Part shown: positions 12,191-25,380 of the stretch, piece by piece
How the letters are laid out: every line of letters starts with the position of its first letter
Numbering within the stretch: position 1 is the stretch's first letter
From: Macrostomum hystrix
Taxonomy: Eukaryota > Animalia > Platyhelminthes
Length of the DNA stretch: 64,000 nt
Direction: 5' to 3'
Assembly (NCBI GenBank): GCA_950097015.1
Contig: CATNEN010000002.1
Span: 5,022,001-5,086,000 of the forward strand
Program-made: the position numbers and the translations under genes
Notes under the pieces: generated by a model
What the model was told of the DNA's origin: nothing
Databases searched by the model: none
Seen by the model: only the letters and a program-made list of their open reading frames with translations

Positions 12191-13313
12191 ATGGAATCAC
12201 ATCAGGTAAGATGTGCTCAAGATATTGTTGTGTGACACTATAAACACTTAAATGATGCATTTTATTGCCTACAATTATTTATGTAATAATTGATTAATAT
12301 GCTCCAATAAGGCCAGATATGTAGCTGACAGCATAGCTATGCTTGGCCAGCTATGCTTGGCATATCTGAAGGCTACAGCATACTCATACAGCTATTTAAT
12401 CTATGGACTGGGAGGATGTGACACCCACCCTTTATCACCTCAACTGAAGCTGGTACCCATTGAACTGAAGCAATCCAGAGTTGTAACTTGTAAAAAGATT
12501 AATTGTCTGCGTGAAGTTAGAAATCAAATCCCTGACCTTTAAGCCTTGGCTACAACCTGTACTGTCTATGGCTAAACCTAAGGACAACTTTAAGTAAGTG
12601 AGTGGGTGAGTGGCAGTACAATTAGTGCATTTGCCTCTTGCACCAAGGTTCCCTGAGCTCAATTATATGGCAAGACCAAATTAATTTGGGACGGAGCCAC
12701 ATAGAGAAAGCTTTAGGGCTTGTCATGCAATCTACTCGCGTGAGGGCCAACCTCCAAGCCACTGTGTAAGTGTACAATTAGTTACTGACAATTAGGCAGA
12801 TAGCCATCTTTTCTCTGGCACTTTTAGCTATAGTGATTGCTCTTCTGGCAAATTTACTTTATTATAAAAAAGACATCAGCCACCACCACATAAACCCGCC
12901 AGACTGACAAGTCGTCTCCGCCATCTCGCTCCGCTGCCCAGCCAGTGGTTCGCGTCAACGGCAACAACAGCTTCGGCAGTGACGACAGTGGCAGCGCCGG
13001 CATTCCGGTTCGTCGGGTTCGTGTCACCAGCGGCTCCCAGTTACCGCGCGACTATTCCCAGACACCTGGCGGCACCATCTTCAGCACAACTCCAGGCGGC
13101 ACCCGGATTGTCTACGATCGCGATTTCCTGCTCAGCCAGCGGGGTAGTCCGCTGGCCAGGACGCCGCCGTCTCACCTGGCCCGCATTCCCGGCGTCACCT
13201 GTCCCCTGGAGGAGTCGGAAAATGTGACTCCTGCATTGACCAATGGCTACACCACAGAGTCTGGCGGTAAGGGCGACGCGACTGGAGGTACGGAGTTCCA
13301 CATCGACTTCTAA
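12191..13313 (+). CDS. EIF4EBP: eIF4E-binding protein (4E-BP/Thor)
   Basis: Main exon 12903-13313 has [27 protein letters not shown] (YxxxxL-phi eIF4E-binding motif), RTPP and a C-terminal FHIDF. It contains no ATG of its own. Candidate micro-exon 12191-12205 (MESHQ|gtaaga) joins in phase 0; the start is uncertain. Confidence 0.9.
12420..12560 (-). mobile_element. SINE family B, degenerate copy
   Basis: GCTGGTACCCATTGAACTGAAGCAATCCAGAGTTG plus an eroded head. Confidence 0.55.
12598..12782 (+). mobile_element. SINE family A, degenerate 5' half
   Basis: GGGTGAGTGGCAG...GCACCAAGGTTCCCTGAGCTC...GAGGGCCAACCTCCAAG. Confidence 0.65.
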
Positions 13314-13604
13314 GCCTTTGACAGCACTGGCACTGCTGGGATCAGAGGAGCCAATAATCTCATTGACTTGTGTTTCGTTAGCTATATTGTAACTGTCGAA
13401 TGAATAAGTCGAATTGTGTTTTCCTAAAAATAGATCTAAGATTAATTATTATGCTGGCAAGTAGTGAAATCTTATCTAGTTTTAAACAGTTAATTATTTT
13501 TTTCTTGCTTACTTTTGTGGCTTTGTAAAGTGAATAAGCTATTGGCTCCTGAAAAAAATAGGACCGGAAGGTGGGTAAATATTAAAAGCTATTTTAGAGA
13601 CCAG

Positions 13605-13885
13605 TTAGTCAATGACCAACTCCCTGAAGGAACAGTTAGTCAATGACCAACTCCCTGAAGGAACAGTTAGTCAATGAGCAACTCCCTGAAGAAACAGTTA
13701 GTCAATGACTAACTCCCTGAAGGAACAGTCAGTCAATGAGCAGCTCCCTGAAGGAACAGTTAGTGAATGAGCAACTCCCTGAAGGAACAGTTAGTCAATG
13801 AGCAACTCCCTGAAGGAACAGTTAGTCAATGAGCAACTCCCTGAAGGAACAGTTGGTCAATGACTAACACCCTGAACGAACAGTT
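13605..13885. repeat. 31-bp minisatellite, about 9 copies
   Basis: GAAGGAACAGTTAGTCAATGAGCAACTCCCT. Confidence 0.93.
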
Positions 13886-14564
13886 AGTTTAGAATTCAAA
13901 GTCTAGAGTTCTGCCACAAAAGTCAGTTTAATTTAGTCTTCATGACAATCTAGAAGCATATTTTTTCCTGAATCCCATAATTTTTTCCCATTATTTTTTG
14001 TCGCTCATTTCTGCTATTACTGCTGACATAATACTGACTTTATAAAAAATGTTTTTTTAATAACAACACTTGCTATGTATCTCCCGCATTTCTGCTTTCG
14101 CTTTGCTTACCCGTGAATCCTACTCCCCCATTCAGCCTCTATTCAGGAGTTCAGGCTCTGCTTCATCTCCTTGACTGAGTCCACCGCTAGTTTGCTAATC
14201 GACCATGCTTACTCTCGTGTCATCTGATAGTTTTAGACTGACGCAAGTCAAGATCTTCGCCAGTTAATGAGTCAAGTTTTCTTTCAATTTTCTTCTTATC
14301 AAACGCCTTTAATTATAATTATATTGTTCGTCAGAATTTATATTAGAAGAGTTCCTTCTTTAAGTAAAATATGTATGCTTGTCTGAGAAATTGTTGACAA
14401 TACACGGAAAAAGTCAAGTCAAGTTTTCTGATCACGGTGCAAATTCGTTTTGTCCTTGTTTGATAAAGTAATAAAAAACAGAATGCTTTTCGTACCGTTT
14501 CATAAATTTTAGCGTTTACAATTTTTGCATCAGACTTTTCTGTCTTTAAAAGGCTTCCGCGTTT

Positions 14565-15725
14565 GTCTCAGAAATCTCATGGTCTTGTCTCAGAAATATC
14601 AGGGTCCTGTCTCAGAAATATCAGTGTTTTGTCTCAGAAATCTCAGGGTCTTGTCTCAGAAATATCAGGGTCCTGTCTCAGAAATCTCAGGGTCTTGTCT
14701 CAGAAATCTCAGTTTCTCGTCTCAGAAATCTCAGTGTCTTGTCTCAGAAATCTCAGTGTCTTGTCTCAGAAATATCAGGGTCTTGTCTCAGAAATATCAG
14801 GGTCCTGTCTCAGAAATCTCAGGGTCTTGTCTCAGAAATATCAGGGTCTTGTCTCAGAAATATCAGGGTCCTGTCTCAGAAATCTCAGGGTCTTGTCTCA
14901 GAAATCTCAGTTTCTCGTCTCAGAAATCTCAGTGTCTTGTCTCAGAAATCTCAGTGTCTTGTCTCAGAAATCTCAGTGTCTTGTCTCAGAAATATCAGTG
15001 TCTTGTCTCAGAAATCTCAGTGTCTTGTCTCAGAAGTCTTAGTTTCTCGTCTCAGAAATATCACGGTCTTGTCTCGGAAATCTCAGGGTCTTGTCTCAGA
15101 AATCTCAGGGTCTTGTCTCAGAAATCTCAGGGTCTTGTCTCAGAAATCTCAGGGTCTTGTCTCAGAAATCTCAGGGTCTTGTCTCAGAAATCTCAGTGTC
15201 TTGTCTCAGAAGTCTTAGTTTCTCGTCTCAGAAATATCAGGGTCTTGTCTCGGAAATCTCAGGGTCTTGTCTCAGAAATCTCATGGTCTTGTCTCAGAAG
15301 TCTTAGTTTCTCGTCTCAGAAATCTCAGGGTCTTGTCTCAGAAATCTCAGGGTCTTGTCTCAGAAATCTCAGGGTCTTGTTTCAGAAATATCAGTGTCTT
15401 GTCTCAGAATCTCAGGGTCTTGTCTCAGAAATCTCATGGTCTTGTCTCAGAAATCTCAGTGTCTTGTCTCAGAAATATCAGTGTCTTGTCTCAGAATCTC
15501 AGGGTCTTGTCTCAGAAATCTCAGGGTCTTGTCTCAGAAATCTCAGGGTCTTGTCTCAGAATCTCAGTGTCTTGTCTCAGAATCTCAGGGTCTTGTCTCA
15601 GAAATCTCAGGGTCTTGTCTCAGAAATCTCAGGGTCTTGTTTCAGAAATATCAGTGTCTTGTCTCAGAAGTCTCAGGGTCTTGTCTCAGAAATCTCAGGG
15701 TCTTGTCTCAGAAATATCAGGGTCA
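14565..15725. repeat. 22-bp minisatellite
   Basis: GTCTCAGAAATCTCAGGGTCTT. Confidence 0.95.
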
Positions 15726-16248
15726 AATTTGAAATAATTAATTAGTAAATTTGCGCACAACGGTTTAGAAGGAGAGGAAGCAGCAGGCGCAGTAGACTTC
15801 TGTTTACAGAACTGCAGTTCATTTGGCTGCCCAGAAATAAATTAGAAATACTTTTTTCTGAAGAAGACTTCGCTTTTCTCGGTGCCCCGGTGCGCTTTGA
15901 AGCAGAGGGCGAAAGAAAAGCAAATCTTAAATCTATCTCACTCTGTCCCTTTTATTGTTGCATCGAAACTTTTAGGACTCACAATGGCCCCTGCATTCTC
16001 TCTAGTAAAAATGCTTACAGAAGGCGTAAAATAAATTGGCCTAGTGAGCTTGCGGGAGGCCGCGGCGACTTGATCCAGCCACCGAGCGGTCGCTAAGACG
16101 GCGGAGGAGTGGGTGGTAGAGCCCTGTTGAGTAGTCTTGACAGACCGTTGCTCTGCTGTCCATACGCAGTGTATAAAGCAGTGCCTGGAAAGGCCTGTAG
16201 AATTTCTCGTCTCTTGAGCACACCTAATCTCACAGAGTTAGTTCAAGT

Positions 16249-19200
16249 ATGCCCGTGCCTGCAGATGAAACGGCGAACTCAGTGTCGGACATTGGTGGCC
16301 AAGATGACGAAGTTAGCAGCAGCATCAGCGACCGACACGGCAGACCTGGCAGCAGCCAGAGCAGCAGTTTGAAGAGCGCAGACTTCAAGAGCAGCAGCAG
16401 CAGCGAGAGCGACCTGAAGAAGGGAGATGATAAAGCAGCTGGACTGCAACCGGACCAGCGGAATGTCGCACAAAAATCTGATGAGAAACCAAATCCAGGC
16501 CAGATAGTTCCTGAGAACAATGCCCAATACTCAGGACAGAACAATGAGAGCAGTTGGTCCACCCAGTCGCCAGCTGGTGGCGAGATAAAAGCAACACCTG
16601 CCGAAGAGCCAAAGCCAGACAATGATCCACCGGCACACGAAGACATCCGCAAGGATGAAAATGACAGTAAAGCTCCAGCGACGACTAAGGAGGATGGCAG
16701 CGAGATAAAAACAAGAAGCGTTGAAGAGTCTAGGCCAACCAACAATGGTCCCGCGGTGCACGAAGACGTTCACGTGGACCAGAATGGCTCTGAAAAAAAG
16801 TCCACTGCATTGATGACTAAGGAGGACGGCAAAGATGCGACCACAGATTCTGGCAGCGACTTTGGCAGCATCAGCAGCAGCAGAAGCGGTGCTCGTCCGC
16901 TGGTGTACATGTACTCGCCTCCAAAGCGCCTTCGGGGAGAAGGAGGCGGCGGCCTCGGTGGTGGCGGTGCTGCGGGTCCTGGAGGAATTGGCAGGTCAAA
17001 GTCGTCTCTGGCCCTGAAGGTCAGATCCAACGGATCATCTTCCAAGGGTGTAACGACGGTGCAGCAAAGCCCTGCACAAGCTGCGACAACGGGTGATGGC
17101 AAGGGAAAAAATGCCACCCAAAAGCAGCAGCAGCAGCAGCAGCAGCAGCTGCAGGAGCGGAAGCAGCCACAGAAAAAGTCCAAATCTCGAGCCGATGGAG
17201 GCAAAAATAATGAGTTCAGTGACGGTCAAGTTGACAGTAAAGAAAATAAAAGTCGAGCTCAAAGTGCTCGGGCCAGTTCTAGAGGCAACAAGAGTGGCAA
17301 ACGCGGTCGAAGCAACAGCAGCAGCAGTAGTAGTAGCAGCAGCAGTAGCAGCAGCAGTGATAGTAGTAGAAGCCGCAGTCGACAGCGAAGTCACAGCCGT
17401 AGTCACAGTCAAAGTCGAAGCCGTAGCAGAAGCCAAAATCGCCTACGCAGCGCTGAACGCGGAGGTCTTGAAACGAACGACCCTGAGGGTAAGTAATGCA
17501 GAGATCGCTGCATTATACGAGTAACTGGCCCGCCACTCACGCACAATAAAATATTTTAATTACTTGCAATTAGTCGAAATTGCTTTGCAGCCAAGTCCTA
17601 CGCCCATCAGCTCAAGCAGGCTAGGACAGAGCTGCTGACAGCCAGAGACGAAGCTGTTAAAAAGCTGACAAAGCCAAAAAAGGAAAATCGACTGCACAGG
17701 AGATCAAGGTCGAACCTGTTTTCGTTTTTTGTCTCTTTGTTTACCGTAAAGCACTCGCTATTCACAGCCAATCCCCAATCGATGTTTGTCACCCACCTCA
17801 TGCCACACGGCCTGCCGCTTTATCAGCCAATCCCCGATCGAGGTTGTCATCCACCTCACGCCGCATGGTCTGTCGCTTTATCAGCCAATCCCCGATCGAG
17901 GTTGTCATCCACCTCACGCCGCACGGTCTGTCGCTTTATAAACCAATCCTCCATTTCCTTTTGTCACCCACACCTCATGCCGATTGGTCTGCCTTTTTAT
18001 CTGCCTATCTAATATTTACGTTCGTCACCCACCTCACGCCACAGTCTGCCATCCGCGATGTCTTTACCCACCACACTTTGGACTTATTAATCGATTTTTT
18101 AAACAATATAATAAACTATTACTGCAGGCACCAACCAGTGCTTCTCAGCGTCATGCTCTTTTCGCCTTCTTATACGGACACTAGAATTATTGACGCAAAT
18201 CTGAAGAAGGTAAAGCTAACGTGTATGTGACATTTTTATCGATTTGAAAATTTGAAAACCTGTACCAGAGATCGTCAACTCACGCAGGACCAGAGCCGCA
18301 GCTACTATCCCGTCTTCCGAGGCACCTCCTCCACTTTAGTCGACCCGTGGAGGGATCTGGCATTGGAGAAGCGACTCAAACGAATGAAGCGACGCAATCA
18401 CGAGCAGTGAGATTATAATTTTTATGCTATTCAAATCGTTTCCCATATCCCATTTGAATCCCATCCAATCAAAATGAAACTCACACAGGCGGCCCTTTCA
18501 AAGTCGTCAAACCCAGAGCCGGAATCAGAACCACGGCGGCAGCTCATCTCACAGAGAGGCTTCGTCATCATCGAGAGGTGATCGACGTCGCGAAGGCGCA
18601 GCTGGAGCTGCTGATAAGCACAAGCGGAACGGGCACAAGCAGAACGGCAAAGGCACTGCTGAGTACTGCCACAGACCTGTGTACTTCGATGAACTGCCTG
18701 AGATCAGGTCCGACTATCAACCAATGACCCTGCTATAGCGACTGTCTATTTACCAATGACCCTGCTAGCGACTCTATCAACCAATGACCCTGCTAGCGAC
18801 TGTCTATCAACCAATGACCCTGCTAGCGACTGTCTATCAGCCAATGACCCTGCTAGCGACTGTCTATCAACCAATGACCCTGCTAGCGACTCTATCAACC
18901 AATGACCCTGCTAGCGACTGTCTATCTACCAATGACCCTGCTAGCGACTGTCTATCAACCAATGACCCTGCTAGCGACTGTCTATCAACCAATGACCCTG
19001 CTAGCGACTGTCTATCAACCAATGACCCTGCTAGCGACTGTCTATCAACCAATGACCCTGCTAGCGACTGTCTATCAACCAATGACCCTGCTAGCGACTG
19101 TCTATCAACCAATGACCCTGATAGCGATAGCGATAGCGACTGTCTATCGATATAAAAAATCGACCGTCTGGTCGAGGCTACATCGATAACAATAGAAGCC

Positions 19201-19746
19201 GAAGGCCCAGTCACCCTTGCTAATACTTAGTACCTCACGCACCCCGCCCTGTCCGCCCGCAGATCCCGCATTCGGGCCACTCGCTCGGCGCGCGCTACTC
19301 GCCAACGCGACGCCGACTACACTAGGGCTGCGGACGAGTGCCGACGCTGCTTGGATCATCTGCCCGACGATGACACCGAAGCCGAAGACGACGATAAAAG
19401 CTCCCGGAAGAAGTCCGGTCATCATCGCCGAGGCGGCGGCACGGCGGACGGTCGCCACAGTCGCCGCTCGATGGCTCTGTCCTGCTCCGCCTATCTGTCC
19501 TCGACGCCGGGTTCAAGAGCAGCCGTTGAAGACTGCATCAGGCACCGTCAGCAGGCGGCTGCACCTGTCGGCGATGCCGCCAAGGACAAGAAGTCTCCAA
19601 CAGGCAACGGCTCAGAAAAGCCAGAGCGGAGCAGCAGGCCCGGGTCCGCCAGATCCAACGATAATCCCAACCGAAGTGCATCGGATAGGCCGAATTCTGC
19701 AGCAGCTTCGGACAGGTCAAAGCGGCACGAGAATAATGAGGAATGA
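16249..19746 (+). CDS. Uncharacterised low-complexity Ser/Arg/Lys-rich protein
   Basis: 415-codon ORF followed by phase-consistent exons 16249-17488, 17591-17708, 18269-18406, 18489-18707, 19263-19746. No recognisable domain. Confidence 0.6.
17780..18050. repeat. Degenerate about 57-bp intronic tandem repeat
   Basis: Recurring GTCATCCACCTCACGCCGCA...TTTATCAGCCAATCCC. Confidence 0.7.
18712..19148. repeat. 30-bp intronic minisatellite
   Basis: CCAATGACCCTGCTAGCGACTGTCTATCAA. Confidence 0.95.
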
Positions 19747-19824
19747 GTGATGAACTGTGACGTTTGCGACAATACTATGACGTTTGCGTACAGCTGTTCA
19801 GTCCATGGACGGGAGGGACGCCAC

Positions 19825-19990
19825 ACCCACCCACAATTACCCCAGCTAATGCTGGTACCAATTTAACAGCCGGGTGAACTGAAGCAACGCAAAGTTAAGC
19901 GTCTTGCTGAAGTATATCAATTGTCGGGAATCGAACCCCGACCCTAATGTCGCGAGTCAAATGCTCTAACCCCTAGGCTACAACTCCCTA
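19825..19990 (-). mobile_element. SINE family B (CORE) copy
   Basis: Same head and CORE segment as 56668-56839. Confidence 0.75.
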
Positions 19991-21107
19991 GAAACCCCAT
20001 AACCCTTATCCTATTTGTTTATCTTTTAAATTAAGATTATGCTTAGTATGCTGTAGGAGTGGTTTGAAATAAGATTATGGCAATGTGTAATCATTGTTTT
20101 AAAACAATTAAATAAAAACATGACGAAGAAAACGCTTTGCAGAGTTAATTATCTTTCAACGAGCCTAGCTTAGGCTAAGCTGGACCAGTCGCAGGTGGTT
20201 TGGCTTACAAATCTGGGCTCCTGCTGCTTCTCATTTATTATCTCAAATAGTATACTAGTAGGTATTGGAAACGACATCAGGTCTATACCCGCACCGAGCA
20301 GACATCAATTACAGGTAATTATAGCGAAACAGAATTGTTTAATTTATACGGATTTCGGAGAGAGAGAGAAAAACACTTTTCTATTGATTGAATCTAGTGT
20401 CAGAAATGATTTATGATATTGCTGGGACAAATGGTGATTTCCTAAGAGTGAAAATTCAACGCTTACAAGTAAATGCACGCAGACCAAGTAAAGAGGATTT
20501 TGCCCAATTTCAGAAAACTTATATTAAAATGAGTTTGTTGCTAACCAGCACAAGTTGTTTTATATATTTTACCAGGAAAAATCACCAGAAACATCAAAAG
20601 AGACAGTCAATTAAACGTAGAACAGTAACAATTAGGGTCTGAAGCGGAAAAACCAAGACAGTCATTTAAGAATTTGAGAAGACACTGCTCAATGTCAACT
20701 CGTAAAATTACTGGGACTAATAAAAAAATCTAACAAACTGCTAAACATTCAGCAAAGTACAAGGAGATGCAAGTGTCAGTTTTTTAGACATTAAGAAAAA
20801 ACCAATTCACCTGTAGGTCTACTCACTACTTAACATTAATTTTAAATGACAGGCTACAATCTGAGAACGATAGGGAGGGTGCGAAAATAGAGAAAAACAC
20901 ACGCATTAAAACAAGCAGAAGCGACAACAGAATTTAATAATGGCAAACAAACTGGGAGAATAAACAAGCAATGCTTCTCATTTAACAACTAACAACAGAC
21001 ACACGGAAACACCCGTTTCGAAAAACTGATCTTGTTTTAAAACTATATTTCCAACAAACTGACTTAAGTCTGGCAAACTACTATGAGTAGAAGATATTAA
21101 ATAAGGT

Positions 21108-24100
21108 TTACTCAATCAGCTTCTTGGCCTTGAAGTAGCGGCGCAGGTAGAGCACCTGCCAGGTAGCCAGGCCAAGCAGGCAGAGCATAGAGAACACGGA
21201 GAAATACAGCACTCGAGAATGGGTGGACTCTGGCGCGATGGGTGGAGGAGAGAGGCGAAACGGAATTATAAAAATTATTAATTATTTATTTGTCAAGATT
21301 ATACTCATGCATGCGAATGACAGTTGAATGTCATATTTAAACTTGAAAATATTTCAACACGAGCAACCAAAGCCTCACCGTTGGTATCCCTCATGGCTTC
21401 CTCGCGAGAGCGCATATAGGCAAAGTCGTTAACAATAGACTCGCTGAGGTCCTCCAGTCGCTTCAACTCAACTTCCAATGGCTTCAGTTTCTGAGTCTTG
21501 GCGATCTGAATGTTTGAAAGCAAGTTGATTGGATAAATTATAGATTTTATTCGCGGATCAGAATAGTATATGAAAATATTCTGGATATTCAATAAGCAAC
21601 ATACATCATCGTAGTTCTTAGCCTCGGCACCATGGCGCACGTTGACGTAGATCTCCAAATCGGCGCCCCGACCGCCGCCTTCCATGTGCGACTCGAAGCA
21701 GACATCAAACAGGTCATACTCATCTGAGTTGAAAGCAAATTTGCCTTCCCCTTTGGCATTCTCTTTGTTGAAGAATATGTGCTTCTTGGAGTCAGTCACC
21801 TGTTGATAAAGTTTAAATAAGGGAAAAGCGGCTTTAAGTTAAAGAAGCAAATAAATTTAAATAAGTAAAATACAAAAAATACATGACACTTATACTACCT
21901 AGTTTTCAGATTGTGAAGCATACCACTGGCTACATTTCATTTAATAAACAAACATCACTATTCACATATTATATGACTTGTTTACAATCATAAGAAAAAA
22001 ATCTATTTTTTATAAAGTCTGTACTTTGCCCTTTTGGCATAGCTTCAATCTCTTCGGTATATAAACCTTTATAGCAATTAACTGACATGCAGTTTCTTAT
22101 AAGCTGGTAATTTGAGCACATGGAAATATCTATAGCTAGCAAATGAGTTGTGAACAAAAATATATTAAAAGAGCCTTTCTGCGTCCATCATGGAGGCTCC
22201 CTGCCACTAAGTCAAGTAAGTCAAGCCTTTCATAGGCCTACTTTTAAATGTATTGCCATTAAAAATGAATTTTGGAATTGAATTGCTAATTATATCACAT
22301 AACTTGACATGTTGTAACACATACAATAGACATTTTCCTACGGATTCCAGGCATTTCGGTGACAATTAATTTTGGCGACACTGAAAATTGTGACTTTGGC
22401 GACAAGCAATGATAAATTCGGCGAAAAGTTTCTCTTTCACTTTCACAAATCACTTTCTATGGCTATTTACTCGTATTTAGTCTCTTCTTACTAACAAAAC
22501 TAATGCATCTATATCCTACTGTAACCGCCTACAGCCTACAAAATACCTTTTTTGTTAAATGTAATGAACACATGTGCTCTGACAAGCTTTCCTATGACAT
22601 TCTGATTGTTTGTTGGGATAAGAAGCTTGATAAATATCCGTACTCTGACTTTGTACCCACCAATCTGAAGAGACTGACCAATTGTGTGAGCGAGCCCCAT
22701 CACCAAGGCGGCTTCGTCACAGTACGATCTGCAACTCTGATCCTATGAGAACATTTACATGTACTGTGGTTTCCACTATTATTGAATTGAAATTTAAATT
22801 TTATCATATAGCCACATCTTAAGTACCATGCATGCAAATACAAATGTTTCACGTAATTTGTTGTAAAATGTAGTACATTGCTGTACCACGAAGCTAAAAT
22901 TCACAAAGTTAAAATACTCGAGGTGGATATATAGTACATTAGGCACGCATCGAAAGAGTGCAGTCGCAGTCTTGAAAGGAAAAGTTAGCATAAGATTCAC
23001 ACCAAAAAGAACGAACAACTCGGATGCCAGGCACTCATCTTGAGCAATTTGAGCAGCTGATGTAAACAGCTCAGTGTGGGCTCTGTGGAGTACACACTGC
23101 CATAGAATTGCACAGGTGGGTGAGGGCATTGAGTAATTTGTGCAGCTTTTGGGTCTATGGTTTTTAATGACAATTGGATTGACTTTGACTTGGATTGAGT
23201 TAGAATGCTCTTAGAAACACACCATGGTACTCAGACAAAAAGCATCGTTGTTATTGGTGACATACTTGTCGCCAAAGTCACAATTTTTCATGTCACCAAA
23301 ATCAACTGTCGCCAAAAAGCCTGGCACCCTTTTCCTACTATATATACTCTGTGCCTCCCTCGAATGGCAGGCACTGAGGGAGGTACTAAAGTGGTTCCAA
23401 AATCAGTTAGAAAAAAAACAGAAGTAATAATATTTGGTCAGTTTGCCTGTATAGGCTTGTAAAGAAACAATAAAAAGTATCTGGGTTCATGCTGTGGAAT
23501 GCATATGTGGGTGCATACTAAACTTTTAAATCTTAGTCTCTTATATTTATTCAAGGAAACTATAAGTAGCTACAATAAAGGTAGGGGAAAATCAGTTAAT
23601 GAAATATTTGTGAAATTATTTTTCATCAAACTGTTTGATGAAGCTTCCATTGTCAAAGCATGTGCTAGACAACAATTCAAATTCCAAAGCATATATTTGA
23701 TGAAGTTGAACCCCATATGTTTGATGTTAGTTGTCCCCATACAAATTGGTTGAATTCGAATTTGATTTCATGAAAATTCTAAAGGATAATTTCAAATTTG
23801 ACAAACGTTCCCTTGCTGACCGTTTACTAGTTGAACACGAGCAACTGGGGTTAGTTTTTAACCATTTTTCAATTTTAGAAATAAATTGTAACATTTTTAG
23901 CACTCATAGGCCTACTCGCAGTCGCTGACCATGGTCATTTGACACAAATACAAAAATTCCAGGACTCAAGTGAAACATAGCGAATTGGGTTAGACAAACT
24001 TGATATTAAACTTTATGAATGTGAAAATAATATACAGAAAACATTACCTTAATAGTAACCTTCTGGCTCGGATCATCGCTAACGGAATACTCTCCTTTAA

Positions 24101-24233
24101 CTAAGACATTCTTGTGGATCTCTTCACGAAAGCACTTTTTTGCATTTGAGGGCAAATGAAACCTCAACGACAACGCCTGGTCAGCAATAAATAAACACAG
24201 AAAACACAACAAGTAAGAATTTGCTAATTGCAT
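21108..24233 (-). CDS. TMED10: p24 delta / TMED10 (Tmp21) cargo receptor
   Basis: Signal peptide + GOLD domain ([18 protein letters not shown]), [39 protein letters not shown], transmembrane helix, tail YFKAKKLIE. Exons 24048-24233, 21605-21799, 21379-21505, 21108-21229. Confidence 0.96.
22342..23329. mobile_element. About 990-bp Mutator-like non-autonomous element in TMED10 intron 1
   Basis: About 65-bp imperfect TIRs containing repeated TTTGGCGAC; 9-bp TSD TTTTCCTAC (22333-22341, 23330-23338). Confidence 0.75.
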
Positions 24234-25380
24234 TTTTTTAAATTGGCGGACAGGCGCACCAGTATAGATGATGTTTCGCTACAGGGATTAGAATCAGTGA
24301 AACAATTCTAATAAGCAATAAATGAACACGTCAATTTGTATTCATATTAAAATACGGCGTAAATATTTACTATTCACATACAGGCAGCTCTTTCTGACAG
24401 TTAAAAGATTTAATATATTCACCTAGCTACAAAAATTCAAAATCTGCTTTTAAAAAGTAACCTAACTTTGTTTGCGGTATAATTTTTGTTTTAAAGGACT
24501 AATATTTGCAGAGTTTAATTACGCAACAACAACTACAACGACAACTTCAAGTAGGTAAAACCCTGACCTACCCTAGCCACGGCCAAAGGTGGGTAGCTTA
24601 AAAAATTTGCACGCTAGAGCAGCGTTTCGCAGAATTTCCATAAGGGTCTGAGATGCCAACGTCCGACAGACGTAGGTAGACGTTGCGCTATGTTTCTCCC
24701 CTAGACACGCCAGTAAAGTGTTTTCGCTCTGAAAAGAAAAAATTCGCGTAACATAAAAATTTCGCTTTCGAACTGAACGGGAAACTGAAAACCGGTCATG
24801 CTCCTGAGTCGAGCCCATACAGTAAGTAATATTTCTAGCCAATTACCGTAGGCCTAAACGAGTATTTTTTAATTCTTGATTCCCTCGAAATTTACAGGAA
24901 ATAGCGTCCCACTCACGTTTTCGCTATAAAATATGTTGTCCTATAAAGCTCGCAAAAACGTGCATAACAAACAGACTCATGTGGTTAAAGTAACTTATGT
25001 AGCTGCTCTTTATTAGATAATATTTATATTTTCTTATACATCATCAGCTTGTAACAAGACAGTAAAGTGTTCAGATACAATTCGAGCATATTAATTGCAT
25101 TTATGAAATTTAGTAGGGCCTAGAACCTTTTGCATAGACATTTTTTGTTGCTAGGCCCTATGCTAGGCACACTGCTTACTGTTACTGCGAAAATTTTTGC
25201 CAGTGCTAATGATCAGTTTATTAGCCTAAATTGTACCTGTTCAGAATTAGCAGTGCAAAATGTTGCTTGAGTAGGCCTAGGATAGGCTTTACTAAACCAT
25301 TTGGCTAGGCCTACTAAATAGCTAGTAGGCCTACACTAGGCACTAGTAACTAGGCTAGCTGTTGTAGGGCTCTTTTTAAA

